DNA of 64,000 nt, from the NCBI GenBank assembly GCA_035528905.1, contig DATKXU010000082.1, forward strand, positions 57,838-121,837. Reading direction: 5' to 3'. The position numbers were made by a program, and so were the translations under genes. This DNA is from Armatimonadota bacterium (lineage in GTDB: Bacteria > Armatimonadota > UBA5829 > DTJY01). Below are positions 36,702 through 47,359 of this stretch, in pieces. Numbering within the stretch: the stretch's first letter is position 1; each line of letters opens with the position of its first letter. The notes under the pieces are model-generated. The model was not told the origin of the DNA, made no database searches, and worked only from the letters and a program-made list of their open reading frames with translations.

Positions 36702-36986
36702 CTAGGAATCGGAGTGCCCAGCCAGGTGGCGATGAATGTCCTCGCGCGAGATTCCCGTGATCTCAAACACCTTTTCTCGGCTCGCGGCACCGGTGACGAG
36801 CGTGACATGCGATTTCTTCACGCCCAACTGATCGGCCAGGAACTCAATGCAGGCTTTGTTCGCGGCACCCTCAACGGCCGGAGCGGTGACCTTGACACCA
36901 AGCACATCGCCCTGCCAGCCGGTGATCTGATTCCGAGAACTTCGTGGATTTACGCGAACTTTGAGGAGCGTTCTCTGTATGGACAT
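36702..36986 (-). CDS. yggU: DUF167 / YggU-family protein (UPF0235)
   Basis: 94 aa; LKVRVNPRSSRNQI...GVKVTAPAVEGAANKACIEFLADQLGVKKSHVTLVTGAASREK matches the YggU signature. Confidence 0.8.
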   Translation of the reverse strand: MSIQRTLLKVRVNPRSSRNQITGWQGDVLGVKVTAPAVEGAANKACIEFLADQLGVKKSHVTLVTGAASREKVFEITGISREDIHRHLAGHSDS

Positions 36987-36987
36987 G

Positions 36988-37386
36988 TCAGCTTCCGACT
37001 ACTCTGCGATAGACGTCCTCAGCCTCTTCGCTCCCTGACTTCGGCTCGAATCTCTCGAACCGTCCGCTGCTGAGGTAGAGCGTGCCCTCCTGTCCGACTC
37101 GCGCGGCCTCATAGGTGGCGGATTCGACTTTGTACTCGCCCTGCCGTCCGTCGAACTGGAAGGTGAGGAGGCGCTCGACGGCAGGCCGAGCCTCCGAGCC
37201 TTTTGACGGCAGAATGTTCTCACGCGTCTCGATTACGCGCGCAGAGAACCTCTGGAGGCGACCGGCCCGGTTGCGTTTCCACTCCTGGTAGCCTCTGCGC
37301 CATGCGAAAAACAGGAGCATCCAGAGGATGACCGCATATATCACCAGGATTACACCCAACGTCGTCGAGCACATTCCGCTAGCCAC
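36988..37386 (-). CDS. Small membrane-anchored hypothetical protein (possibly DUF2500-like)
   Basis: N-terminal TM followed by ~100-aa soluble domain; 1-nt gap to yggU. Confidence 0.4.
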   Translation of the reverse strand: MASGMCSTTLGVILVIYAVILWMLLFFAWRRGYQEWKRNRAGRLQRFSARVIETRENILPSKGSEARPAVERLLTFQFDGRQGEYKVESATYEAARVGQEGTLYLSSGRFERFEPKSGSEEAEDVYRRVVGS

Positions 37387-38890
37387 CTGTCAGTATCAGA
37401 ATCAGCACAAAGAGCACGCCGTTGTTCAAGCCATGCGCCACCGCTGACGAGAGCAGCGAGCCCCTCTCATGGAAGAGTGTTGCGAATACGGACCCCAGCA
37501 CAAAGATGGGCAGGAACTGAACCGGCAGCGGGTGCACCGACGCAAAAACCGCCGCCGAGAGCACAATCCCCGCCGCGACACTCCACTTTGCACGGAAGCT
37601 GTTGAACAGCACGCCTCGGAAGAACAGTTCCTCCACAAACGGAGCTATCAGGACAGCGAGAGCGAACAGAATCGCACGGCCGACAAGGGTTTCCGTCTCG
37701 GCAAACAGTGGAATCACCGGGTTAGTCGGGCTCTCCACAAATCGGCCCACGAACCGGGATATCACCCCGGCGATAAGCAGAAGCGGAAGCGCCGCCGCGT
37801 AGCCACCTATCCCCCAGAGGATGTCGCGGAACGGATTTCGCGTCGTAAAGCCAACAAGGCGCCAAGACCATCCGACGGAGCGCAGTCGGTAGGCGAGATA
37901 GAGCAGCGCCAGAAGTCCTGACAGCACGTACACGCACGCGGTGAACAAGGCCTCCGCTGTAGGGCTTGCCTCACCCACTACGGCCATGCGGGCTCCGGCG
38001 ATTACCCCCGCGGTCATCTGCGTGACGACCGTGACGGCCAGATAGACGACGAATGCCTCAAGCAGAAGCCCTGCCCTCAGTTCCCGGACATAACCGGCTG
38101 GTTCCCGGACAGCGGCTTCAGCGCGCTGACCCCCCTTCCGCAGAACATACCATCTGAGGAGCACCACCCCGATGAGGCCAAGCAGCCCCAACAGCGCCAG
38201 GAGGCTCAGCAGCGATCCGACGGTCCAGGCTGCGGATCCAGCTGCCGCAAGGCGTGCCTTCTCTGCCGCACCGGGCATCCCTGCGCGCCTGAAGAGATCC
38301 GCCAACGCAAGATGCTCGTACCAGCCGAGATCCAGGCTGCGTATTCTCGCTGCGTAGGCACGGACCTGCGCGGGCAGAAGCGTGCGGCGGCTCAAGTATA
38401 TGTCACGCCACATCGCTGCTTCGCCCTGCAGACCCCGGCGCGTGTGTAAGTCAAGGCGTTCCCTGACGGCGAGCTGCTCGATGGCCGCAGCGCGCTCCGA
38501 AGGATACTGAACGATTATAAGCCGGCGTAGGTTCTCCGGGGACGGCTTCTCAGCAACTGCACGCCGGTATAGAGCAATGGCCGATACCCTCTGCGCCTCC
38601 TCGAAGGCCTCGATTCGCTGCTCTAGTCCGCGATTCGCCGGCAGGGAGGACATCCACCGCCGGTAGGCATATGACAGCTTCATCGAGACATCGCCTTCGA
38701 GCGCCGATTCCTGCATCGCCGGTTCCTCTCCAGCCTGCAGGCTCAGCCGCTCCACTACACCGATGAAGATCAGCAGCGCCGCCACGAGGACGAGAAACAG
38801 GACAAACCTGCCCCGTGGGTAACCCGCGGGCGGATAACCTTCATAAGCTTGAGGGCTGCTAGGTTCTTCATCCACCGGCTCTATCCTCAT
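37379..38890 (-). CDS. CPBP-family intramembrane metalloprotease (CAAX protease / Abi family) with long N-terminal extension
   Basis: C-terminal EELFFRG, FxxxH (FASVH) and HGLNN motifs of PF02517; ~350-aa N-terminal domain with additional TM segments. Confidence 0.75.
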   Translation of the reverse strand: MRIEPVDEEPSSPQAYEGYPPAGYPRGRFVLFLVLVAALLIFIGVVERLSLQAGEEPAMQESALEGDVSMKLSYAYRRWMSSLPANRGLEQRIEAFEEAQRVSAIALYRRAVAEKPSPENLRRLIIVQYPSERAAAIEQLAVRERLDLHTRRGLQGEAAMWRDIYLSRRTLLPAQVRAYAARIRSLDLGWYEHLALADLFRRAGMPGAAEKARLAAAGSAAWTVGSLLSLLALLGLLGLIGVVLLRWYVLRKGGQRAEAAVREPAGYVRELRAGLLLEAFVVYLAVTVVTQMTAGVIAGARMAVVGEASPTAEALFTACVYVLSGLLALLYLAYRLRSVGWSWRLVGFTTRNPFRDILWGIGGYAAALPLLLIAGVISRFVGRFVESPTNPVIPLFAETETLVGRAILFALAVLIAPFVEELFFRGVLFNSFRAKWSVAAGIVLSAAVFASVHPLPVQFLPIFVLGSVFATLFHERGSLLSSAVAHGLNNGVLFVLILILTGG

Positions 38891-38893
38891 GCT

Positions 38894-39169
38894 CTATCTC
38901 CATAATAGCCGCGGCAGGAATTGAATCACAACTTGCCTGACGATGCCGAGCGCTATGATCGCCAGAACGGGTGAGATATCCAGTCCGCCCGTCTTATGAG
39001 GCGGCACAAGGCGGCGGAATGGCTGCAGGACGGGCTCCGTGATCCTTTCCACCCACCTAGTTATTCCCCGGTACCGCCAGGTAACCTCAGGAATCCAGGA
39101 AAGAACCGCCCGCACTATGATGAGCGCTATCAGGGCGTTGATCGCCAGGTTCACTATGCCGAATAACAT
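38894..39169 (-). CDS. yggT: YggT-family (YlmG/Ycf19) membrane protein
   Basis: 91 aa; RAVLSWIP...ITEPVLQPFRRLVPP..GGLDISPVLAI matches the YGGT signature. Confidence 0.85.
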   Translation of the reverse strand: MLFGIVNLAINALIALIIVRAVLSWIPEVTWRYRGITRWVERITEPVLQPFRRLVPPHKTGGLDISPVLAIIALGIVRQVVIQFLPRLLWR

Positions 39170-39374
39170 CGCGTCGTATCCTATCTGATATGCCCGCTGC
39201 CCTACCTAGCAAAATCCCCCAGTCCTGATGGACGGGGGCATACGTATTGCGTGATGCGCATTGCGTAAGGGACGCCGGGTTTCAAGTTCCAGGTTTCGAG
39301 TTTCCGCTGCGGCGCATTGAGAATTCGGCGTTCTCCCCGGTCCACCCATTCCCCAATCGCTGCAGTCTGCCAAA

Positions 39375-40199
39375 TCACCGGTCCTTCTTCGGCTTGCCGA
39401 GTTCCGCAGCACGGTTGGCTGCGGCCGTCACCGCCTCTATAGCGGCGGACCGGAACCCGGAGCCTTCGAGGCTCGCGACACCGGCAACGGTAGTGCCACC
39501 GGGGGTCATCACGCGGTCGCGGAGTTCCGCAGGATGGGCGCCGGTCTCCAGCACCATTCGGGCCGCACCGGCTACGGTCTGCGCCGCCAACACGAGAGCG
39601 GTCTCCCTCGGAAGTCCCATGCGGACTCCGCCGTCAGCCAGCGCCTCTATAAAGATATATACATATGCCGGACCGCTGCCGCTGAGACCCGTCACGGCGT
39701 CTAACTTATCCTCGGCGACCTGAACCACTCTGCCGACTGCACCGAATATCTGGGATGCAAGCTCCCTGTGCACTGAAGCAGCGAATTCGCCGGGAGCGAT
39801 GGCACTTGCTCCCTCGCCTACGAGACACGGGGTATTCGGCATCACTCGGACGACAGGGACATCCGCTCCGAGTTTGCTCTGGATCGAGTCAATTCTAATT
39901 CCCGCAGCGATAGATACGAGAAGCTGATGGGGTTTGAGGACGCCGCCGATCTCTGCGAGGACTTCGTGAACTACATGCGGCTTGACGGCGAGGATGATGA
40001 TATCGGAGGACTGCGCCACGGATGCGTTATCCGCCGTCGCAGTTATACCAAGCTCTCTCCGGCAGAATTCGCGCCTGCGTTCGTCGGGGTCCGACGCGCT
40101 GATTTGCGCCGGGCTTACTCCAGCCTTTAGTAAACCGCGCCCGATGGCTTCCGCCATCGTTCCCGCGCCTATGAAGCCGATTCTCTTGTTCTCAAGCAA
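39375..40199 (-). CDS. proC: Pyrroline-5-carboxylate reductase
   Basis: IGFIGAGTMAEAI Rossmann start; conserved C-terminal dimerisation region with PGGTT. Confidence 0.92.
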   Translation of the reverse strand: MLENKRIGFIGAGTMAEAIGRGLLKAGVSPAQISASDPDERRREFCRRELGITATADNASVAQSSDIIILAVKPHVVHEVLAEIGGVLKPHQLLVSIAAGIRIDSIQSKLGADVPVVRVMPNTPCLVGEGASAIAPGEFAASVHRELASQIFGAVGRVVQVAEDKLDAVTGLSGSGPAYVYIFIEALADGGVRMGLPRETALVLAAQTVAGAARMVLETGAHPAELRDRVMTPGGTTVAGVASLEGSGFRSAAIEAVTAAANRAAELGKPKKDR

Positions 40200-40213
40200 G
40201 GTATTCGCTCGCC

Positions 40214-40660
40214 TCAGGAACTGCGCTCGAACAGCACGGGGGATACTTTGTGCATATCGTCCGGCAGGTCAATCAAGACGTTGCTCGGCGCGAAGAGATA
40301 CACGCGGTCGCCGACCTTCTCCACAAAGCCATTTAGCGCATACGTGACCCCGTTAAGAAAATCTATGATCCGCTCGGACATCTCCGGCGTTGTCTTCTCG
40401 AGGTTTATTATCTGCTGCCGGCCGTCCTTAAGGCCATCGGCCGCCAACCTTGCATCGTCGAATGACTGTGGCAATCTTACAGACACATGATTCACCCTCG
40501 TCGAATGAAGTCTCAACGTTACCGGTCGCTTCCTTGCCTCCCCGACGACCTCCTCGACATCCTCATACTCCTCCTCGAGTTCGCTGATGCCGATCCTTTC
40601 CTTGAACCTCGCCCACAGGCTCCTCTGCTCCAGTTCGTCCGTGGACATGTTATTGCCCAT
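40214..40660 (-). CDS. sepF: Cell division protein SepF
   Basis: 148 aa; C-terminal DUF552 core (IINLEKTTPEMSERIIDFLNGVTYALNGFVEKVGDRVYLFAP); sits between yggS and proC. Confidence 0.88.
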   Translation of the reverse strand: MGNNMSTDELEQRSLWARFKERIGISELEEEYEDVEEVVGEARKRPVTLRLHSTRVNHVSVRLPQSFDDARLAADGLKDGRQQIINLEKTTPEMSERIIDFLNGVTYALNGFVEKVGDRVYLFAPSNVLIDLPDDMHKVSPVLFERSS

Positions 40661-40752
40661 CGCACATCCTCCTTCCCGCTATGTGCGCCGCGCCCATCAA
40701 ACTGAGAAACCGACCAACCACAAAGCCCTAAGAGCCGGGCTGATCGCACTCG

Positions 40753-41436
40753 CTAACTGGGCCGCTGCTCCCGTGGGCCGAAGATCGCTGTGCCGATCCT
40801 CACCATGTTCGACCCTTCTTCGATGGCTACCTCGAAATCCGCCGTCATCCCTATCGAGAGCCACGTCCTGTGCTCTCGCGGCAGCCGATCCCACAGTCCC
40901 CGGAGCGTCACAAATGACCGTCGGATAACGGAAGGCTCATCCACGAAGGGAGCCATCCCCATCAGACCCTTGAGCGCTACGCTCTCGATGCCGGCGGCTG
41001 CCTCGCAGAACGCAAGCACATCCGCAGGCTGCACGCCGAACCTAGATGCCTCCCCGGAGATGTTGACTTCCACAAGGATCCCGGTATGCTTCCCCAGGGC
41101 CAGCGAGCGCCTGCCGATCTCCTCCGCGAGATGGATGCTGTCTACGCTCTGGATTAGATCGAAGATCGGCACTGCATGCCGGACCTTATTGGTCTGCAAG
41201 TGGCCGATCATGTGCCACCGGACGGCCCTGCCCATTACACCGTACTTGAGAACGGCATCCTGGACGTAATTCTCCCCGATATCCGTGACGCCTGCCTGGA
41301 TCGCCTCCTGAATCGCCTGGACATCCACCGTCTTCGTCACAGCTACGAGGGCTATGCGCTCCGGGTCGGTCCCAGCCCGCGCCGCTGCATCGGCTATGCG
41401 TCTTCGAACTTCCAGGAGGTTCTCTGCGACCGACAT
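40753..41436 (-). CDS. yggS: PLP-homeostasis protein YggS/YlmE
   Basis: Alanine-racemase-N-like TIM barrel; VTKTV (PLP Lys) and GHLQTNK motifs. Confidence 0.92.
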   Translation of the reverse strand: MSVAENLLEVRRRIADAAARAGTDPERIALVAVTKTVDVQAIQEAIQAGVTDIGENYVQDAVLKYGVMGRAVRWHMIGHLQTNKVRHAVPIFDLIQSVDSIHLAEEIGRRSLALGKHTGILVEVNISGEASRFGVQPADVLAFCEAAAGIESVALKGLMGMAPFVDEPSVIRRSFVTLRGLWDRLPREHRTWLSIGMTADFEVAIEEGSNMVRIGTAIFGPREQRPS

Positions 41437-41586
41437 AGCGCCATCCTAGAAACCATCCAGCCACACCCGGCGGCCGGTGACTTCAGCCACAACCACTTCG
41501 TCGGCAAGGGCCAACTGCCTCGCACCCGCAGAGATTATAGCACAAAAGGAAGGCATCAACAATAAGAAAAGGACGGACTGACGAAC

Positions 41587-42375
41587 TTATTTTCTCGCGA
41601 CGAAGAACACGCGGTCGCTGCGCTTGGTCGCCTTTCTGAACGTGTAGGCATGGTAGACGCCGAGGGTCGGCAGCCCGGCGGAGCTCAGCATCTCCACGAT
41701 TTCTTCCTCATCATACGCGCGCTGGTGGTGCACGACCTCGACCCGCTTTTCTGCGCCGCCACGCCTGTATCTGAAATCCATCTGTATGCGGCAGATTCGA
41801 GCCATCGGGTCGTACGAACTGCGCCAGTCATAGATGAGCGAAGATTTGCTGCCGATATTGCTCTGATCGAACAGCCCGATAGCCAGAGCGACGTCCGTGT
41901 TCATGTCGAAGACGAGCAGCCCGCCGGGCTCGAGATGCTCCGAAATCCGATAGAACGCCTCTTGAAGCGCCGACGACTCGAGGATGTAGTTCAGGCTGTC
42001 GAACAAGGAGAGCACCAGGTCGAACCGGCGGCCCAGGCGCAGTGAAGAGGCATCCTGCACATAGTAGTCCACTGGGAGGCCCACTTCATCAGCCCGACGC
42101 CGAGCGAGCGCTATCATTGCAGGGGAGATATCAGCGCCCGCGACACGACGGCCTTCCTCCGCGAGCAGAAGACTCATGCTGCCGGTACCACAACAGAGGT
42201 CGAGCACCGTGCCAGGATGGCAGTCGAACCGCTCCAGGATGCGATGCACATAGGCGACCCACGAGCGGTACGGCACTCCCGACATCAGCTCGTCATAAAG
42301 AAAAGCAATCTTGTCGAACTGCGAAGCCGGACTGGAGGTTCCTTCCGTGTAGTTGGACGCACGCCCTCTGCTCAT
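41587..42375 (-). CDS. Class I SAM-dependent methyltransferase
   Basis: VLDLCCGTGSMS motif I and downstream motifs II/III. Confidence 0.8.
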   Translation of the reverse strand: MSRGRASNYTEGTSSPASQFDKIAFLYDELMSGVPYRSWVAYVHRILERFDCHPGTVLDLCCGTGSMSLLLAEEGRRVAGADISPAMIALARRRADEVGLPVDYYVQDASSLRLGRRFDLVLSLFDSLNYILESSALQEAFYRISEHLEPGGLLVFDMNTDVALAIGLFDQSNIGSKSSLIYDWRSSYDPMARICRIQMDFRYRRGGAEKRVEVVHHQRAYDEEEIVEMLSSAGLPTLGVYHAYTFRKATKRSDRVFFVARK

Positions 42376-42459
42376 GCAGATAGTGTATCATAACGGACCG
42401 GATAAATGAACACGCAGGGATAACGCCGGCATGTCCCGGACGGGAGTCGGGACAGTCAT

Positions 42460-43188
<729 letters not shown>

Positions 43189-43195
43189 TCACAGA

Positions 43196-43693
43196 TCACT
43201 TAGCCGACCCGGACTCTCCCTGCCCGGCCTCTTCTCCCTCAAGCACCAGCCGGCCTGGCGGGCGCACATATCCCCGGCCGGGCTCCTCAGTCGGCCCCAC
43301 AAGCTGGCTGGACCAGTACTCGTAATACGGCTCGTACATCGGCGCTCCCTCATGGAATTCGGGCGCCAGCGCTATGCGCTCCTCGTGCGTGAGGATTCTC
43401 GCCTTATCGTCCACGACTTCGATCTCCTCCACGGGAACGAGCACCCGCTTTCCGCCGTATCCCCCGACCCCACTGAATGTGATCGCAGCCATCTCCACCT
43501 GCCGATCGCGCGGGTTCACATAGAGATCGTCCACCGTGCCCACTTCATCGCCCTTCGGGTTGATCACCGGACGCCCGCGGATATCGGGGTAGTGCTCCAG
43601 AAACTCCTCCTGATCTTCGAGGTCGCTGAGGCGTTCGAGTATCAAAGGCTCCTGAGTGCCGGGCTCCTCCATTGATGTCTCTGTCATGCGCAT
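43196..43693 (-). CDS. PRC-barrel domain protein
   Basis: RGRPVINPKGDEVGTVDDLYVNPRDRQVEMAAI...KRVLVPVEEIEV matches the PRC-barrel fold. Start set at internal M (MRMTETS). Confidence 0.55.
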   Translation of the reverse strand: MRMTETSMEEPGTQEPLILERLSDLEDQEEFLEHYPDIRGRPVINPKGDEVGTVDDLYVNPRDRQVEMAAITFSGVGGYGGKRVLVPVEEIEVVDDKARILTHEERIALAPEFHEGAPMYEPYYEYWSSQLVGPTEEPGRGYVRPPGRLVLEGEEAGQGESGSAK

Positions 43694-43793
43694 CACCCCC
43701 GAGCGAATCTGCCATAGGATTTGTTCCCGCTCGGAAAGACGGGCAAACTCGACACTACCGGATATGAATTCGCTGGTGCTGCAGCCGCCTTCC

Positions 43794-44780
43794 CTACCTT
43801 GGCAGGCATTTCCTCCGCCGCATGACACAGGTTCCAGCCAAGGAAATCAGCCCTGTGGCAAAGCAGATCAGCGAGCACGGCTCCGGCACAGGCACGATGG
43901 TAGATATGACGCCGACTGCATTGCCGCCGTCCGTCGCTCCGCCCACCAGCATCGAAAAGCTGTTGTCCGATGGGTTGCAGCGCAGAGTAGTGAGCGTGCA
44001 CTCGCTGGACGCGAAGGCAGTGGCCGCAGTGGATCCGTTCAGCAGGCGATACAGGACCCCACCGCTCGTGAAGAACACGTTTCCAAGGGCATCCATCTCC
44101 ATGTCGGCTGGCGGATTGACGCTGGCGAGCACCTGGCCATCAGCCTGCGTCAGTGAGCCGCTGCCGATGGCTCCCGCCACCTCGGCTTCGTCGAATCTCA
44201 GAATCGAGTCTCCACCAGCCGCGTATGCCGTCTCGTACAGCAAGTTATCCTGCGCATCAAATGCCAGCGGGCCGGAATACCCGCTCAGACCGGTTACAAC
44301 CTCATCACCAGCACCGTCGAAGAAGAACAATTTCTGCCCGGCCCAACCAGGATTGGCTGAAACAAATGCCTGTCCGAGCGAATTGAACTCAAGGTCGTAG
44401 TTGTTACCCAGCGTTCCCATCATTGCCGGATTGCTGCCATCCAGCCCCATGCTCCAGATGGCACCATTGGAGCTCTCTCCGAAGTAGATCGTGCTGTCTC
44501 GGACTTTGACAAACGAGCCATAAACCGAGTCTTTGAAGGAGTACAGAGGGGCGCCGACCACTCCAGCCTTCGTTACCTCGACAACATCCTGGCCGATGAA
44601 CGCGACAAAGTTGCCGCTGGGAAGCCTGTCGAAACCATACACGGACCAGGCATATGGGATCGGAAACACCGTATCCTGGACTGTATAGCCCACAGGTGCA
44701 TCAACATAGGCAGCATGAGCCTGCCCGACCATGAGCAGCAGGGCGGCACATGCGAGAAGCAACCGACATTTTGTATTCAT
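43794..44780 (-). CDS. PEP-CTERM sorting-domain protein, beta-propeller-like
   Basis: Signal peptide (LLLACAALLLMVGQAHA); C-terminal VPVPEPCSLICFATGLISLAGTCVMRRRK matches the PEP motif, TM helix and Arg cluster. Confidence 0.75.
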   Translation of the reverse strand: MNTKCRLLLACAALLLMVGQAHAAYVDAPVGYTVQDTVFPIPYAWSVYGFDRLPSGNFVAFIGQDVVEVTKAGVVGAPLYSFKDSVYGSFVKVRDSTIYFGESSNGAIWSMGLDGSNPAMMGTLGNNYDLEFNSLGQAFVSANPGWAGQKLFFFDGAGDEVVTGLSGYSGPLAFDAQDNLLYETAYAAGGDSILRFDEAEVAGAIGSGSLTQADGQVLASVNPPADMEMDALGNVFFTSGGVLYRLLNGSTAATAFASSECTLTTLRCNPSDNSFSMLVGGATDGGNAVGVISTIVPVPEPCSLICFATGLISLAGTCVMRRRKCLPR

Positions 44781-44874
44781 AGGAATCTCCTTTCCAAAAG
44801 AGACATAATCCAGTCGAGCTTGTGTCCAGCGCAGAGAATCAAGACGGATGAGACTATCTCCTCACAGTCACCTC

Positions 44875-46407
44875 CTATTCCGGCACAACAATCACGTCGG
44901 CCTGCTTCCTTACTCGCACAACCGGGGTCAAGTCAGGCTGTCTGTCGCCGACCCCCGTGACTACAACGTACTCGCCTTCGCCCGGCGGCGTTAGCCCGTC
45001 ACACCGCACCTTCAGCCCCGGATCGGGAAGGGAGCCATCGTTCACGTAGAAGCATGCGGAGCCGACGGCCTTGACGCGCCCACAAGTCGTCACAAGCAGG
45101 CCGATATTGCTCAGCCCGGCGCCGCCGACTCTATCCGCCGGCATGCCGAGCACCTTCGGGGGGTCGCCCGACGACACAAAGTACACGGAAGCCTTGTCGA
45201 GGAACCGCTCGCCATTGAGCGTGCTCAGAATGCCTATGACATCCACGCGATCGCCTTCCGCTGCCGAATCGCTCGTCTTCACGCGGATTCCGGACGAGCG
45301 CTGTTCCTCCTGGACGTACAACTCCCCATCGAAAACGGCGCTGACCACTTTCTGAGAGAGCGAGATCACGCTCCCATCAGGTTGGCTCTTCGCAGGCCCG
45401 ATGCTCTGACCGCCCGGCAGGGGCGACACGTCCGACACCGCATCAATCTCCGCCGAAATCTCGCCAAGCTCGCCCGCCGAATCTCCCGCGAGGGCATCCG
45501 TGATCCGTATGAAGTCGAAATACGGAATTTGGGCATACACATATGGAGCCACCGGCACACCGGGCGAAGTCTGCTTCACCGCGGCCGCTATGTCGAAAGC
45601 ATCTCCGCCGCCCGAACCTTCATCAATCAATAGGCTCTGTGGATCGCCCGCGTAGCTCTGGCGATCCGGCACTGTGTAAAACTCCTCGGGCGTTTTCCCC
45701 GGCGGCAATCCAAGGGTCGGCGTGTACTCGGCATAGTGCCGGAGCACAGTGCGCGAGTCGCCGGTATCGCAATTCGGGGCCGGGGAGCCGACCAGCTCTG
45801 ACGGGAGCTTGTTCGGCAGCACCAGGAACCACTCGTCGTCCGGGAGGCCGTTTCCGTTCGCGTCCATGCTGATCTCGACGAAGGCGGGCTCCTGCCAGCG
45901 ATGCCCGGGGTCGCCGCTTACCCAGGTCGGGTTGCCGAATACGATGAAATCCAGGCCGTGCGGGTTCCTTGGATCGTCCCAGACCGGCCGATTGAAGTCG
46001 AGCGTGATCCAGCCGTGATCGCCCAGCGTGACGAGGGAGCTGTTATCCGGGGCGGTTGCCGAAATCCCGTATGGCCGCCCGAGCGCCCGCTCACGATCGT
46101 TGAATCGCGAGTCATTAACCCACTGCCCCGGCCCTGGCTCATACTCGATCACGCAGTCGGCGAACGGCCACGCGCCAGCCCATGCGTTAACCGCCAAGAC
46201 GCCAAGCAGACAAAGGAAGAGAGACTGCAGACGGCAGATCCGCCTCAGGCGGAACTGCAGATGATGAGTGACGAGTGAGGAGTGATGAGTGATGGGAGAT
46301 GGTATTCCTCCCCCCTCTCCCTTGCTCCCGCTCTTCCATTGTGCGCCCGGACCCCTGGATCCCTGGACCCCTGGACCCCTGATTCCCTTAGTCCTTCGAC
46401 TCCACAC
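44875..46407 (-). CDS. Hypothetical membrane-anchored/secreted protein with Gly/Pro/His-rich N-terminal tail
   Basis: ATG at 46407; hydrophobic anchor LQSLFLCLLGVLAVNAWA after a low-complexity tail encoded by micro-repeats; no recognisable domain. Confidence 0.45.
   Translation of the reverse strand: MWSRRTKGIRGPGVQGSRGPGAQWKSGSKGEGGGIPSPITHHSSLVTHHLQFRLRRICRLQSLFLCLLGVLAVNAWAGAWPFADCVIEYEPGPGQWVNDSRFNDRERALGRPYGISATAPDNSSLVTLGDHGWITLDFNRPVWDDPRNPHGLDFIVFGNPTWVSGDPGHRWQEPAFVEISMDANGNGLPDDEWFLVLPNKLPSELVGSPAPNCDTGDSRTVLRHYAEYTPTLGLPPGKTPEEFYTVPDRQSYAGDPQSLLIDEGSGGGDAFDIAAAVKQTSPGVPVAPYVYAQIPYFDFIRITDALAGDSAGELGEISAEIDAVSDVSPLPGGQSIGPAKSQPDGSVISLSQKVVSAVFDGELYVQEEQRSSGIRVKTSDSAAEGDRVDVIGILSTLNGERFLDKASVYFVSSGDPPKVLGMPADRVGGAGLSNIGLLVTTCGRVKAVGSACFYVNDGSLPDPGLKVRCDGLTPPGEGEYVVVTGVGDRQPDLTPVVRVRKQADVIVVPE
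46349..46388. repeat. Five tandem 8-bp repeats GGAyCCCT, and an adjacent GAGTGATGAGTGATGGGAG block (46262-46302), at the 5' end of the 44875..46407 gene
   Basis: Read directly; encode GPGVQGSRGPGAQ and HHSSLVTHH in the N-terminal tail. Confidence 0.7.
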
Positions 46408-46414
46408 TCTCTCA

Positions 46415-47224
46415 TCACCTCAGGTCAAAGAGTTCATTACTGTCCGGGCCGAACCAGCCGATCCTGAACCGCTCATTATCGCCGCCGTACGCACTCCGCG
46501 CAGTGAAGGTCATCTCCTCCGACGTCACATGCCCGTCACACCAGGCGACCAGCGTCCTTTCGTTGTGTCGGAAGTGAATTGACGGCGTATAGCGATAAGA
46601 AGTGGGCTGGCCGTCCGGACCGAGGATATACGGAGGCTCGCAGAACGAGTACTCGGTAACGTGCTGCTGCGGATAGTCCTGCGCGATGGCGGTGTCTGTG
46701 AACATCACCGTCCGGCTCGGATTTCGCACATGGCACACGCGGGCTGCCACGGTGCTGGAGCGCATATCGCTCCAGCCGTACTTCCAGTAGCTTCCGCCTA
46801 TGTAGTCATCGTTGTACCCGTAACCGCCGCATCCAGCCTCGAACGCATTGGGCGAGTAGGAATCCGAGGCATCCATCGCCGGACATATCTTCAGGCCACT
46901 GGATCTGCCCAGGTACTGCCAGAGCGGACCTTTCTCCGGGTCGAACGCCGCACTAGGCGACGGACGCCAGCCGTGCCAGCGCCAGTGACCTCCGCCGGAT
47001 GCGAAGATATCGCACGCGGCAGGGACAAACCGCCCATCGTAGTCCTGGGAATACATCTGGTTTGCCATCGCGAGCTGCCTCAGGTTCGAAGCGCATTTCG
47101 CTTTGTAGCCAGCCCGCCTCGCAGACGCGAGAACCGGGAACAGTATCGAGGCCAGAACTCCAATTATCCCAATGACCACCAGGAGCTCGATGAGGGTGAA
47201 GCCGATTGTGGATTGCGGACGCAT
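46415..47224 (-). CDS. Prepilin-type N-terminal cleavage/methylation domain protein with DUF1559 (H-X9-DG) domain
   Basis: GFTLIELLVVIGIIGVLASILFPV N-terminus; C-terminal HFRHNERTLVAWCDGHV H-X9-DG motif. Start set at MRPQSTIGF (47224); the upstream in-frame extension is the dispersed repeat. Confidence 0.85.
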   Translation of the reverse strand: MRPQSTIGFTLIELLVVIGIIGVLASILFPVLASARRAGYKAKCASNLRQLAMANQMYSQDYDGRFVPAACDIFASGGGHWRWHGWRPSPSAAFDPEKGPLWQYLGRSSGLKICPAMDASDSYSPNAFEAGCGGYGYNDDYIGGSYWKYGWSDMRSSTVAARVCHVRNPSRTVMFTDTAIAQDYPQQHVTEYSFCEPPYILGPDGQPTSYRYTPSIHFRHNERTLVAWCDGHVTSEEMTFTARSAYGGDNERFRIGWFGPDSNELFDLR

Positions 47225-47250
47225 CCTCCGTAGCTTTAGCGAAGGAGGAG

Positions 47251-47355
47251 TGCGGATTGCCCAAAGCGGAGGGAGGAGCACCTTCTCCCCTCTCCGCATC
47301 GGAGAGAAGCCGGGGCTGAGGTTTGGCTGGTCGGCTGCCGACCAGTGTGCAAAAT
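47251..47355. repeat. Dispersed ~100-bp repeat, copy 2 (5' leader of the DUF1559 gene)
   Basis: ~96% identical to 33051-33178 minus that copy's 26-bp insertion; immediately followed by a terminator-like hairpin. Confidence 0.75.
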
Positions 47356-47359
47356 GAAA

